Positions 18,958 through 28,739 are shown, numbered from the stretch's first letter. The stretch: 32,000 bases of DNA from a bacterium (GCA_047947175.1 CP170489.1:1251654-1283653); one strand, 5' to 3'. The notes: generated by a model not told the origin, from the sequence alone. Numbers and translations are program-made.

Positions 18958-19977
18958 CTACCCCGCATCCCCAAATACACCGCCGCGAATCAAGGTTGCA
19001 ACGATGAAGTGCTGTTGTTCCGGATCAGGGGTTTTACCTTTGAGAATCCATCCATCTAGCAGGTTATAAAAATCCATTTTTTGCTTTGGTTGGCGATAGG
19101 CTTTTCCCTGAGTTGTTACAGAGCCGTAGGGTTCTACGGCGATGGGCCCCATTTCATCAGCACCTTCATACCACGTATCAATAGTTCGCAAAGCATTGCC
19201 AATTTTCTGCGAGTGCATTGCAGCGATGTTATCGACGTCATAAAGCGTTTTACTCTTGTCGCCTCGCCCGCGTTCTAATATTAGTTCCTGCGATGGATAT
19301 ACTTCCTGGCCAGCTCCGATTCGAACCAAAGCCAAAACTTCCAGCAACACATGCTGCTCACCAAGAAACCCCTGCTCGATCACTTTGGTTAAAGCTTCAA
19401 GATCAGCAGGTTGGGAAGAAAAATCGCGGAGTGAAAAATCCAGCGCGTCAAATTTCCAATGAGCTATAGCTTGTCCGTCACGCAGCTGTGAAACCTGCAC
19501 TTCAATCGTCTCCGCTCCTAAGCGGTTGCGCCATAGAAAGCGGCCATTAGCCAGATTAGTGGCATAACGTTTTGACAACTCTAAAAAGCCAATGTTTTTT
19601 ACATATCCGTTAATGCTGTCTTGAAGTTTTGCCTGGTAGTCTGCACTGTTACAGGCAGATGGCCTCCCCGTGCCTGGCAACACCCGGAGGGAGAAAACTA
19701 CTTTTAGCGTATCCAAATCGCCAGGAAGCGACGCAACGTCAACAGTTTGCAGGTTTGGATTTTCAATTGCAGCATCCAGTTTTGCAGGATCCTGGTCTTT
19801 GGTCTTTAACCGGTTAGAAATTGTGCCTCGCACCGATTTTTCCTGGATACGAACTGCGGGCCAGCTATGGTGATTTTTTCGATCATCCCAGTTACCTGCG
19901 TAAAATTGTGCATCAGAAGGATCGAGCTTACGTTCGAAGGCCAATACAGAAGCAGTTTTCAATGTGTCTTTACTCAT
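18958..19977 (-). CDS. csy3: Csy3 (Cas7f) Cascade backbone subunit
   Basis: 339 aa. Position and size are canonical. The N-terminus ...[25 protein letters not shown]... is Csy3-like. Confidence 0.93.
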   Translation of the reverse strand: MSKDTLKTASVLAFERKLDPSDAQFYAGNWDDRKNHHSWPAVRIQEKSVRGTISNRLKTKDQDPAKLDAAIENPNLQTVDVASLPGDLDTLKVVFSLRVLPGTGRPSACNSADYQAKLQDSINGYVKNIGFLELSKRYATNLANGRFLWRNRLGAETIEVQVSQLRDGQAIAHWKFDALDFSLRDFSSQPADLEALTKVIEQGFLGEQHVLLEVLALVRIGAGQEVYPSQELILERGRGDKSKTLYDVDNIAAMHSQKIGNALRTIDTWYEGADEMGPIAVEPYGSVTTQGKAYRQPKQKMDFYNLLDGWILKGKTPDPEQQHFIVATLIRGGVFGDAG

Positions 19978-20006
19978 GGTTGTTTCCTTTGCTTTGTTGA
20001 ATTGAA

Positions 20007-20987
20007 CTAGTCGTAGTCAAATTCGGGGGTAAGGCTGTACACGAAACCGTTTTTGCAGCGGTATACGCCGTTATCAGGTTGATATTCGGCATACCACAAC
20101 AATTGCTGAATTTCCTGAAGTCGATGCGGGCTGATCCACTGGCCGATGCCGTAAAGACTTTCAACAAAACGGAAGTCGGTCTGCATATCTCGGGCATTGG
20201 CGACGGTTCCCGCCGCTTGTAATTCGGTTAGAGCGCCATAGCCTAGCGGGATGGGGACGATCCAGCCTTTACGGTCGTGCTGCCACCCTGCTTTTTCAGG
20301 ATTTTCTCCATCGGTTTGCCAGCGCCAGTTAAACCGTGAAAGTGATAGCCAGGCATCGAGCCGCGTACAGTCCGGAGTTTGATTGCGCATTTCTTCAAAG
20401 CGTTGATCAAGCAAATCCTGTCGTTCCACCAACGCAAAGCCAGGCAATAAATGGCGTTTTAATTTGGCGAATTGCTCATATCGTGTTTCGCCGTCACTGC
20501 TGATTGGCAGAATGTAGGGCGTGAAGCGCTTTTGTGCGCCGGGTTGTGGCAGCACCGTACCACCGGCGATGCGCATTTCTTCGATTAATTGTTTAATCTG
20601 TAATGCCGTGTTCTGTGCTTGCTCGTGATCGTTCAGACTTTGACTTTGTAGAGCGAAAACCAGGCTAATCGTCATATGCATGCGACCCTCTTCTACAATG
20701 GCCGCTGTTGAGCCGTCTTTGCCGATGGGATTGCGTGTTAATCGAAAAGATTTTGCATAGTAGTCATCAGTGACTAGTTCCTCATAGCCATGTGCCACTA
20801 CGCCAACGGCGTTTAACATTAAATCCATTCCCGCCGCGTGCATCTTGCGTTCCAAGGCCCACATTAGCCCAATAAAAGCGCTGATTGCCGGGAAGCCGTG
20901 AGTTAGCGAGCCAGAAATTGCGTTGGCGTTTTGTACGCGCAGCCGGGGAATAACCAAAATTTGGTCAAAGTGAGGAAGCTCAGTCAT
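20007..20987 (-). CDS. csy2: Csy2 (Cas5f)
   Basis: The start at 20987 ([41 protein letters not shown]...) overlaps the csy1 stop in ATGACTGA. Size (326 aa) and position are canonical for I-F. Confidence 0.92.
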   Translation of the reverse strand: MTELPHFDQILVIPRLRVQNANAISGSLTHGFPAISAFIGLMWALERKMHAAGMDLMLNAVGVVAHGYEELVTDDYYAKSFRLTRNPIGKDGSTAAIVEEGRMHMTISLVFALQSQSLNDHEQAQNTALQIKQLIEEMRIAGGTVLPQPGAQKRFTPYILPISSDGETRYEQFAKLKRHLLPGFALVERQDLLDQRFEEMRNQTPDCTRLDAWLSLSRFNWRWQTDGENPEKAGWQHDRKGWIVPIPLGYGALTELQAAGTVANARDMQTDFRFVESLYGIGQWISPHRLQEIQQLLWYAEYQPDNGVYRCKNGFVYSLTPEFDYD

Positions 20988-22347
20988 GGCTGAACTCCTG
21001 TGTGTCGTCCGCGTGCATTTTAGGCTTAGTCGTAGGCAGCCACCCCGCATCTGCAAGCGCTTGCTTTGCCCAGTGTTTTAACTCTGCGTCACCCACCGGC
21101 AAGTCCTCTTCGCGAAGAATGGCGTTTAGCCACAGTGCAAAATCAGTGGCCACCTGATCTGGCCAGTCGTTCCATTCCAGCGCTTGTTGAAATTCGCGAT
21201 CTTCAGCTTCGAAATCCGGTTGCAACGCCAATTCGGCCCGATCCATATCCAGCCAGATTTTTTGATGCAGTGGCAAATCACATTCAGGGTTGCGTGTCCA
21301 GCCAGGCTCGTACCCGTATCGAATTTCACCGCCGAAATTCGCTAATGCCTGCGCGAGCGCTTGTTCGATACGTTCGCGCTTTTGGCGAGTATCTATGGTT
21401 TTTTCCGGATCACTTTTTAGCAGAGTAATCAGTCTTTTGAGCAGCAGATTTGTATCTTCGAAACTGCGAAATCGTTTTAGCGCACTTCCTATTCCTAGAT
21501 ACGACTTTTGATCGGGGTGTATCCATTTCGGAGGGCAACAGGAAAGCAGATAGTTAACACCACCGCGCTCGCTGTTGAGCTGACTGATGTTTTGAGGCTT
21601 GGTGCCTCCCAGCTTGCGCACGGAAAGGTTAGGGTAATTGCGATAAGTTCCATTGTGTGGTGTTTTGGCGTAATAAGCCTTACGTACCTCCTTATTAAAT
21701 TCTCCATAGCGGGCATCATTTAATTGGGAATGTACTACGTGTAGCAGGCTGCTCGGAAAGAGTGTTTGCAGCAGGTGAAAATTTTCGTCATTGCTGGGAT
21801 CGCCGGATATGCACCAGTAAACTTGCTTGGCCATCGTATGCGAGATAAGGCTATCGCCCGCTTGTGCTAAGCCTTTGAATGCTTGCGCCCATTTCTGGCT
21901 CAGTTCGGTGTCAGCGTGGAAGGCAGCGAGCAGATCTGGATCGTCTTGCTGTAACCAATCGAGTAGCCTTCTGTTTTCAACTTCGATTTTCAAAAATTTG
22001 TATACATCAAGGGCTGCTGCATTCCCGACGATGTCGTCGTCGTATTCGTGGCCGAGGTTATGCGTACCGATTTCCGTTCGCTCAGGAAGTGTGTTTAACG
22101 CAATATGCAAACTGGTGCCACGCGCATCTGGGTGGCTTGCCTTCAAGATATGGGTTACCGCTTGAATCTGCGAAACACGGCGCGCAGCGTCTGCGATCCA
22201 AGCGTGGTATTCGTATTTGGCCTTGGCTTCTGCAGCTTTTTGGGCGCTTAGACCCTTAAGTTTCGTCTCTCGCCGGTCGACGATAAAGTCGCTTATCGCT
22301 TGACGAAAGTTGGTCGCACGTGGCGATAGGGAAGGTAGCGTACTCAT
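20980..22347 (-). CDS. csy1: Csy1 (Cas8f) large subunit
   Basis: 455 aa. The N-terminus ...FRQAISDFIVDRRETKLKGL...KYEYHAWIADAARRVSQIQAVTHILKASHPDARG is typical of Csy1. It is the first gene after cas2/3. Confidence 0.92.
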   Translation of the reverse strand: MSTLPSLSPRATNFRQAISDFIVDRRETKLKGLSAQKAAEAKAKYEYHAWIADAARRVSQIQAVTHILKASHPDARGTSLHIALNTLPERTEIGTHNLGHEYDDDIVGNAAALDVYKFLKIEVENRRLLDWLQQDDPDLLAAFHADTELSQKWAQAFKGLAQAGDSLISHTMAKQVYWCISGDPSNDENFHLLQTLFPSSLLHVVHSQLNDARYGEFNKEVRKAYYAKTPHNGTYRNYPNLSVRKLGGTKPQNISQLNSERGGVNYLLSCCPPKWIHPDQKSYLGIGSALKRFRSFEDTNLLLKRLITLLKSDPEKTIDTRQKRERIEQALAQALANFGGEIRYGYEPGWTRNPECDLPLHQKIWLDMDRAELALQPDFEAEDREFQQALEWNDWPDQVATDFALWLNAILREEDLPVGDAELKHWAKQALADAGWLPTTKPKMHADDTQEFSHD

Positions 22348-22486
22348 AATGGAGATTCCTGGTTCGACTTAAGTTCTTCAAAACACTAGTTTCCCAAAGC
22401 GACATCCTGTGGGGATCGTCATGACAAAAACTAAGATGTTCTGATCATACATATGTCACAATGCTTATCTGTCCTCCTTAGTGCGA

Positions 22487-25400
22487 TCATGCGCGTACTT
22501 GGGTGTCATACGAAGTCGTCAATTTTGGTTGCTTCTTCAATCCAAAACCCAGGGCGGGATGAAACCACCAACCTTGGGTGCTTTCCGTTACATTCACTAC
22601 TGTAAATTTTTGCGCGCAGGTTCTTAGTGGTAGCTCTTGTGCTTCTGCCAATTCTCGTAACAGAGTAATCAGATCGAATTCCCCCCAAAGGCTTACACCT
22701 CGACCAAAATCCAAATTCAGAGTGTGAAGCCGTCTTTCTTCTGCGGTATAGATTGCTCGTTTACCTTTAGAGGCCTGCTGGTGCACACGGTGCAACAGCA
22801 ATTTTTCTTCATCGTCGTCGGGTAGAAACAGTAAGGTCTCCTCTCGTACTTGATTTAATCGAAAAGGCTGATGTTGAGGTAACGCCCAAGTTAGAGCCGC
22901 CTGTGGATAAAGCCAATTAGAAGCAGCATTAAGTCGTGTACCAGTCGGCTTTTCACCTCGCACAAGCGGTGTTGAGGACCTTTCTACAGGTAGCATGCAT
23001 TGCGCGAGACGGCTGTGTTCCAGATCCACCAAACTACTTTGCGAATCCCATGGTTGTGATTGCGGAAATATGCGTGGTTTGGCTGAGATGATTTTGTATT
23101 CGTCCTCGCGTAGAAGTTTTTCGAGGTTGTGTGAGTTAAGTCGGAAGAGATCGTGGGGATCTTTGGACTCTAGTTCAAACCCAGGTTTGACAAAGACAGC
23201 ACTGCCCTTCTCCTGATAAAAATGGCGCAGGTTCTTATTAAAAATTAAAATGTTGGGCCGCTCGCAGGTTTTTTGGCGGTGGCGCTGTACTCGGCCCGCG
23301 AGCTGAATTAAAGAGCGCATAGAAGAGGGCTCAACAATTGCCCAATCGTAATCATGGTCACGACCCACTTCCGTAACCGGGGAGCCAAGTACGACAAAAA
23401 TATGGTTTTGCTCCGAATGGGTGTCCAAGCTCTCCCTGATAACCTGCTGTTCGTACACCGCGCTGGGTTGTCGACGGTTGAGAGTAGTATCGAGTTGGTG
23501 CTCAATCCTGGATCGCAACAGCAGCGGAAAACGCGAGTGATAGACACAAATATGAAGATGTACGTTGGTTGGGGCATCGCCCTCAAACAAGGTTTTCGCC
23601 ATGCAAAGTAGAGGCTCAATATTGGCCATGCGCACAAGGCCGAAACTGACGCGTTTGCCACTGACTGGACAGATTTCAAAGTGCGCTTCATGCGCCTCTA
23701 AGATGGCGTCTCGAACAGGGACGGCAAACTCACCCGCAACTTCCTCGAGTTTTTTTCCCTGAAAAGTTAAAGGCTTTAAAACGCCGCGCCGTTTGGCACC
23801 ATGTTTCTTGATGGATTTATCCAGCTGATTCACTCGTCGATCAATAAATTCCAGGTGACTTTTTGAAAATTGATCTCCTGTTGCGCAGCTGTAGGCGCGT
23901 GTCGTGAATTCGTCGACCCAGAGACAAGGTATATCTAGCTGTGCTGTTCCTTGCTTGCCGGCTGCGCTACGATTTCGGAAAAAATGCTGGCGTCCAGCCA
24001 AATAGGCTTGATACATGCCCTCAACTAGCGATGGGGGAAGTGTGGCCGACGAAATTAAAACACGTGTGCCTAATAATCCTGCCCAATGAATGAGACGCGT
24101 GAGCGCAGGCAGGTCATTGATATCGAAATCATCCAACTCGTCCAGCACCAAGTCGCTGCTCATTAATCTAAGCATTGGCGCAATTTGTCTACCAGCGCGT
24201 TGTGCTTCGGTGGCTGGCATCAAGTGATCTATCGTGCAGACCAGCACAGGAGCCGCTAGTAGTTTTTTAATTTTCGAGTCGGAGAGTACTTTAGATAAGA
24301 TTGGGTGTTCCTCGAGCAAGCCTTCGTATTCGATGTAGCCGTCTTCTTCGATTAACTCCTGCACTGATGCAGAACCCGTGCTTTCTGCCTGTTCTTCATA
24401 ATAGTCGAACAAGGCGTGGCTGGCTGAACCGCCTACTCGTATCGCCAGTTCGTCTTCATCTAAATGCAGATCTTCCCGATAACTTCGACCAGTTTGCAAA
24501 GTGAGCGTGCGCAGGCCAAGCGCGAAGGACACTCGCATACCTTCCTCAGGCTTGGCGAGGGCATATAAAATACGCGCATTGGCTAAGGTTTTACCGCAAC
24601 CGGTGGATGCCATGTTAATTATGAAAGCTCCATTTTTTTCTGAGGCTTCACGTATTTTTGTTGCTGCATCTGCTGCTTTGTCCTGCCAGCGAAAGTGTTC
24701 TAAACGGCTACGCTTTTTTAATCCTTGATGCGCCGCCAATCTTGGTAACCCCTTCTCTATGACTGGCAAGCAATGAGCAATACTGCCAGAAAGACGCGCA
24801 ACACCGAGCAAGTGTTCCGTCAATGTTTGTTTGAGTGAGCCGTCTTTATGTGTATTTGCATATATTGCATCGTCTACGTCACCCTGCTCGCGTTCTTTGG
24901 ATTCCGGCGGCAGTGAGGAGTAGTGATGATCAGCGAGCATCAGAGTTAAACGTGAAAGATGCATAACATAGGGATTGTTCAGCCAGGCTTCCGGATGATT
25001 GTTTTTAAGTTGTAGTAGCTTTTCCGCTAGCTTGGCCAAACGTTTGCGCCACTTGGGAAAACTAAAAGGCAATTTTTCCTTGAATGACCAATATGATTTT
25101 ATCGAAGTGGATTCATTCGACTGAGGGATTTCATTCCAGTTTGCTTTGACAGCTAACAGTGGGTCTGCCAACTGAGACGCAGAAAAATTCATTGACGGCT
25201 TTCCTAGATACTGTTGGATGCCATCGAAATCGTAGGACGGAATCACCGGTAGACGATGGTGCGTAACAACCAACCAAGCAATAGCAGCAGCCAACGGCTG
25301 TAAATCTGTAAAAGGGGCTGGAGTTTCCTTGTCGATACCATCACGCCAATAGCGACCATTTTGTGTCCAACTTGCGTCGTCCGAGTCCGTAGGTGAAATC

Positions 25401-25915
25401 ATTCTGCGCAGCCACCTTTCGTCCTCATCGTTGCCGACAAAAGCAAGAAAGAGACGTAATGAAACCCATTCGTGGCGATAGATATTTTTTTCGTGAAGAT
25501 TCTTTTTGAGACGATTTTGAAACGCGATACTTGCTTTGCCGAGGTCGTGTAGCAAAGCCGCAATCTGTGAAAGTAGTTTTATGTCCTCCGCGCTGTACCA
25601 ATCATCATCCATATCGGTTTTGAGCACGGCCCGGTGGGTAGAGTTAACCGGTACTCGGCCATCTTCATCAAATTTGTTGCGGTTGCCCACCACCCAAACC
25701 AACTCCGAACGGCTTCTGCTCCGTATCCAATGACAACTCACCGCTGTATTCTTGCTTGCGGTTTTTCGCAATAGTTTTTTTACGGCCTTTAACCCTTCCT
25801 CAGTAATTACTGTCTGCCAGGTATTGTCGCCAATACGATCGGCAAATGCGTCGAGCACCCGCCGGGTACGGCCGAGCGCCTTTTTCTCACACTGGGAAAC
25901 AAATGTGACCATCAT
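22487..25915 (-). CDS. cas3: Cas2-Cas3 fusion (Cas3f) nuclease-helicase, 1142 aa
   Basis: The N-terminal Cas2 domain (VSQCEKKALGRTRRVLDAFADRIGDNTWQT) is collinear with P. aeruginosa Cas2/3. It also has the HD motif LLHDLGKASIAFQ, helicase Walker A ASTGCGKT and DExD-like LDELDD. Confidence 0.96.
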   Translation of the reverse strand: MMVTFVSQCEKKALGRTRRVLDAFADRIGDNTWQTVITEEGLKAVKKLLRKTASKNTAVSCHWIRSRSRSELVWVVGNRNKFDEDGRVPVNSTHRAVLKTDMDDDWYSAEDIKLLSQIAALLHDLGKASIAFQNRLKKNLHEKNIYRHEWVSLRLFLAFVGNDEDERWLRRMISPTDSDDASWTQNGRYWRDGIDKETPAPFTDLQPLAAAIAWLVVTHHRLPVIPSYDFDGIQQYLGKPSMNFSASQLADPLLAVKANWNEIPQSNESTSIKSYWSFKEKLPFSFPKWRKRLAKLAEKLLQLKNNHPEAWLNNPYVMHLSRLTLMLADHHYSSLPPESKEREQGDVDDAIYANTHKDGSLKQTLTEHLLGVARLSGSIAHCLPVIEKGLPRLAAHQGLKKRSRLEHFRWQDKAADAATKIREASEKNGAFIINMASTGCGKTLANARILYALAKPEEGMRVSFALGLRTLTLQTGRSYREDLHLDEDELAIRVGGSASHALFDYYEEQAESTGSASVQELIEEDGYIEYEGLLEEHPILSKVLSDSKIKKLLAAPVLVCTIDHLMPATEAQRAGRQIAPMLRLMSSDLVLDELDDFDINDLPALTRLIHWAGLLGTRVLISSATLPPSLVEGMYQAYLAGRQHFFRNRSAAGKQGTAQLDIPCLWVDEFTTRAYSCATGDQFSKSHLEFIDRRVNQLDKSIKKHGAKRRGVLKPLTFQGKKLEEVAGEFAVPVRDAILEAHEAHFEICPVSGKRVSFGLVRMANIEPLLCMAKTLFEGDAPTNVHLHICVYHSRFPLLLRSRIEHQLDTTLNRRQPSAVYEQQVIRESLDTHSEQNHIFVVLGSPVTEVGRDHDYDWAIVEPSSMRSLIQLAGRVQRHRQKTCERPNILIFNKNLRHFYQEKGSAVFVKPGFELESKDPHDLFRLNSHNLEKLLREDEYKIISAKPRIFPQSQPWDSQSSLVDLEHSRLAQCMLPVERSSTPLVRGEKPTGTRLNAASNWLYPQAALTWALPQHQPFRLNQVREETLLFLPDDDEEKLLLHRVHQQASKGKRAIYTAEERRLHTLNLDFGRGVSLWGEFDLITLLRELAEAQELPLRTCAQKFTVVNVTESTQGWWFHPALGFGLKKQPKLTTSYDTQVRA

Positions 25916-25952
25916 ATCGCGTCGCCTTCATCTAGTTTGGCACACTTGTTAA

Positions 25953-26915
25953 TCACGCTGTTACATCCTTGCCCTGATGATGTGATAGCGCAACTGTCTT
26001 CACTTGATCAAACATAAAATCAAGTGCTTTATGGTCTGTAAAGGCTTGCAGGCACTGCTGCCGAAATTCCTGTTCGGTTGCCTGTTCATTCGCACAGATG
26101 AAAGCCCAGGGCAGCACAAGACTATCCTTCACCAGGTCCGCGATATCGAACACCAAAGCACCACGGCGGGTCTTCCCGTGCATCACGGCGAAACCATGCG
26201 GAATACCCAGCACCCATAGTGTGGTGGCGGCCAGGCCATAGGCAAGGTAATTCCCGTGGTTGAGAAAAGCATTGGCATCGTCGACGGCGTCCCGTTTACG
26301 CACGAATTTGGTCTGCTTGGTCCGATTGGCCGCAACCTTGTAGAGGTGTTTGGTCAGTTCCGCCTCCAGTTGCAGAAGCTTTCCAACTGTGGGGGCGTGT
26401 GTGATTCCTTCAAGGCTCGTTAACAAGGCACCATGAATATCTTCGTCCCCGACATCGAAGCCTGCCCCAAGAAGGTTCCGGTCTTTCGACCAGACCATAC
26501 GCATGAATTCGATTCGCGCTGTCTGAAAAAGCTTGGCAGCCTCAAGACGCTTCTGCCCGTCGAACCAGAATTGCATCCAGCCCTGGATATATTCGGTGGG
26601 ACGGTATTCGCTCTGCGGTGACAGCCACTCTATTTCCGTCGCCATAAGTAATGGCGTAGCCCCGCCACCACAAAATCCGACCAGCACACCGGCGGAAGCC
26701 AGCATACGCATGGCGGCCTGTGTAATGGACGTCCCCGTGCCGAGTAACAAGCAGGTGGTGTTGGCGATTGGTATGTTCCAGTACTGGTTTTCATTTCTGG
26801 CCTCAGTAAGATAAAGTACGCGCCCATCCTTTTGCATCACGCGGCACTTTTCGAGGTAGTAAATGTTGGCTCTCTTGGATTGAAGTATAGCTTTCAGATC
26901 AGTTAGCGCTTCCAT
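25953..26915 (-). CDS. cas1: Cas1, type I-F
   Basis: ILQSKRANIYYLEKCRV...YWNIPIANTTCLLLGTGTSITQAAMRMLASAGVLVGFCGGG...LNHGNYLAYGLAATTLWVLGIPHGFAVMHGKTRRGALVFDIADL is near-collinear with P. aeruginosa I-F Cas1. Confidence 0.96.
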   Translation of the reverse strand: MEALTDLKAILQSKRANIYYLEKCRVMQKDGRVLYLTEARNENQYWNIPIANTTCLLLGTGTSITQAAMRMLASAGVLVGFCGGGATPLLMATEIEWLSPQSEYRPTEYIQGWMQFWFDGQKRLEAAKLFQTARIEFMRMVWSKDRNLLGAGFDVGDEDIHGALLTSLEGITHAPTVGKLLQLEAELTKHLYKVAANRTKQTKFVRKRDAVDDANAFLNHGNYLAYGLAATTLWVLGIPHGFAVMHGKTRRGALVFDIADLVKDSLVLPWAFICANEQATEQEFRQQCLQAFTDHKALDFMFDQVKTVALSHHQGKDVTA

Positions 26916-27092
26916 GGGTCACCATTGCCATCGACTGACCAACATCCACCTTCAGGCCGCATCCTGTTGCTTGCGAGCAGTGAAAAATCTTCCCACATCT
27001 CCTGATCTCCTTCGGTGGTTATTCGACAACTACACCTTAGCCACCCATGGTGTCAAAATCGTAACTGGTAATTTATACAGCATTCCTGGTTG

Positions 27093-28076
27093 TTAGAGTC
27101 GGGACGCTTTAATTTCTCCCGTGTAGTGGGCAATAGACTGTTTAAGCCGGCCAAGCACCTCGTGCTTGAGCGAATCTGGTCCCTCGACAATACAATCCGG
27201 CACGTGGCGGAGGATGTCTTGCACCAGTTCAGCGGGTTCGCTGAAAGGGATGGTTAGCAGATAGTCTTTCTTGTCCCACTTGCCGGTCTGGGCGGGGTGC
27301 CAGCGTTGGCTGGCTATTTCCCTGGCGATGCGTGGTAGAAAACGTAACATGGCCGTTTGTGTCGCCGCACCGCTGAAAACGCCGTAGCTGCTCTTGGCAA
27401 ATGCATCGAGTTTGGAATCGTCGATCTCTGCGCAGTCTTCGTCCGTATCGCGGCAGTGTTCGATCCGCGCCAGCGAGAAAATACGTAGACCATCACGCAG
27501 ATGACACCAGGCATCTAGATACCAGTTGTCGCGATAGTACACGAGCCGCTGTGGGCTTACGTTTCGTTTGCTCAACTTCTGGTTAAAGTCGCGATAACGA
27601 ATATGTAGCTGATTGCGATCTACGAGTGCGTTCAACACATGATGCAAACGGTGATCTGGTAAGGTGCGCTGTCCTACTGGCACGATGCGAATCCGTCGCT
27701 CCAGATCGGTTCTGGAGACTCCTCGTTTTTCCAGCATCCGATCAACACTGCTCCGAACCCCGCGCAGTTCGTCATCCATCAAACCGTTGCCAAAACGGCT
27801 GAGAATATCGAGCAGTAACAACAAAGACTGCGATTCTTCTCGTGTCATCCAAAGACCCGGTACTTGCCAGCGGTCTCGTTCATCAGAATCATAGCGCCAG
27901 CCAAGATGCGGGAGGTGTTCCAACGGCGCTTCCCAATAATCCTGCAGGTCGTCAAGATAGCGCTTCACTGTCCTTTCTGAACACTCGAGTCTTCTCGCCA
28001 GATCGCTTAACGATATCGGTGTCTTCCGTGAGTCAAGGATCTGGTGGCAGCGGTAGAGTTGATCAAACTTTCGCAT
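27093..28076 (-). CDS. HTH + WYL-domain transcriptional regulator, 327 aa
   Basis: The N-terminal HTH is ISLSDLARRLECSERTVKRYLDDL. The central WYL domain is HIRYRDFNQKLSKRNVSPQRLVYYRDNWYLDAWCHLRDGLRIFSLARI. There is a C-terminal extension typical of PafBC/CapW/BrxR-like proteins. It is on the same strand as cas1 and 177 nt upstream of it. Confidence 0.85.
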   Translation of the reverse strand: MRKFDQLYRCHQILDSRKTPISLSDLARRLECSERTVKRYLDDLQDYWEAPLEHLPHLGWRYDSDERDRWQVPGLWMTREESQSLLLLLDILSRFGNGLMDDELRGVRSSVDRMLEKRGVSRTDLERRIRIVPVGQRTLPDHRLHHVLNALVDRNQLHIRYRDFNQKLSKRNVSPQRLVYYRDNWYLDAWCHLRDGLRIFSLARIEHCRDTDEDCAEIDDSKLDAFAKSSYGVFSGAATQTAMLRFLPRIAREIASQRWHPAQTGKWDKKDYLLTIPFSEPAELVQDILRHVPDCIVEGPDSLKHEVLGRLKQSIAHYTGEIKASRL

Positions 28077-28404
28077 GGGGATAGCCTCTCGACTGTTCGG
28101 ATAGTCACTATAACTGCCTTGGTTCTACTGAGCCAAAGGTATGGAATACCCGTGATTCGATGCGAATGCGTAGTACAGCGGTGAGTTCCAACCGGACGTA
28201 CCCGCAGGTTAGCCCGTGGGGGGCAATCTACTGATCTTGGCGGTATTGAAGCAGAGACCACCAGACCTGGGTTATACCCTGCCCTGGAAAGGATAGGAAG
28301 AATTGACGCGGTTCTGCCGTTGACATGAAAGTATCAGCGGATTCTGGATAAGTTTGGACTGGAGCCCAGTTGGATCATAGGGTGATCGAACGCACGCTTG
28401 AGTG

Positions 28405-28739
28405 GTGCGTTACGCGCTTGCCGGGTAGTGGCGCGGTAACCAATCCAGCATGGCGGTATTGGTGGCCGCAGGTTGCTCCTGCTGTATCCAGTGCCCGCAA
28501 GGCAGATGCACAACTTCCAGGTTGCTGACAAATTTGTTCAGTGTTGGTGAGCTGGGCACCATATCGTGCTCGCCGTAGATCATCAGCGTTGGCTGATGAA
28601 CGTGTTGTTCATATGCGCCTGTTATTTCCCAGTTTCGTGAAAAGTTGCGGTACCAGTTGATTCCGCCGGTAAAGCCTGAATGCGCAAATGCCTTGCTGAA
28701 TACCTCCAGTTCTGCGTCACTCATCAGCGCATCACCCGG
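28405..28739. repeat. Right copy of ~335-bp direct repeat flanking the CRISPR-Cas insertion
   Basis: See the left copy. It begins with an orphan MAPEG tail GTGCGTTACGCGCTTGCCGGGTAG (VRYALAG*) and continues into the 3' third of the intact hydrolase gene. Confidence 0.9.

Larger units (their letters stand above)
12730..28404. other. 15.7-kb inserted island carrying the type I-F CRISPR-Cas locus plus two accessory genes
   Basis: It is bounded by the two direct repeats. It interrupts a duplicated host gene junction. Its composition is visibly more AT-rich than the flanks. It has no recognisable mobility genes. Confidence 0.6.

Noticed and set aside
22348-22486. A strong Shine-Dalgarno-like TAAGGAGG (minus strand, 22480-22473) just after the cas2/3 stop, and a 24-aa hydrophobic frame in the cas2/3-csy1 gap. 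This raised the possibility of a hidden small gene such as an anti-CRISPR or a toxin.
   Set aside because: No start codon lies 5-10 nt downstream of the SD-like motif; the only TTG is followed at once by TGA. The 24-aa frame starts 20 nt away with no RBS of its own. The gap is more likely an internal promoter/UTR region for csy1.
26957-26985. A sequence upstream of cas1 whose minus strand reads TTTCACTGCTCGCA. It resembles the first 13 nt of the CRISPR repeat (GTTCACTGCCGCA) and could be a degenerate orphan repeat or a CreR-like mini-array regulating cas.
   Set aside because: Only half of the repeat matches, and that needs one indel. The rest of the 28-mer does not align. I found no second repeat-like unit at about 60-nt spacing on either side, so it may be chance. 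It would only be worth a computational scan.
28077-28404. The non-coding stretch at the right island edge, inspected for a tRNA or tmRNA gene, an integrase att core or an ORF.
   Set aside because: There is no tRNA-like T-arm or anticodon-arm pattern and no convincing ORF. The only symmetry seen is a 5-bp-arm palindrome (ATAGTCACTAT, about 28103-28113). I treat the stretch as the WYL gene's promoter/UTR until tested.
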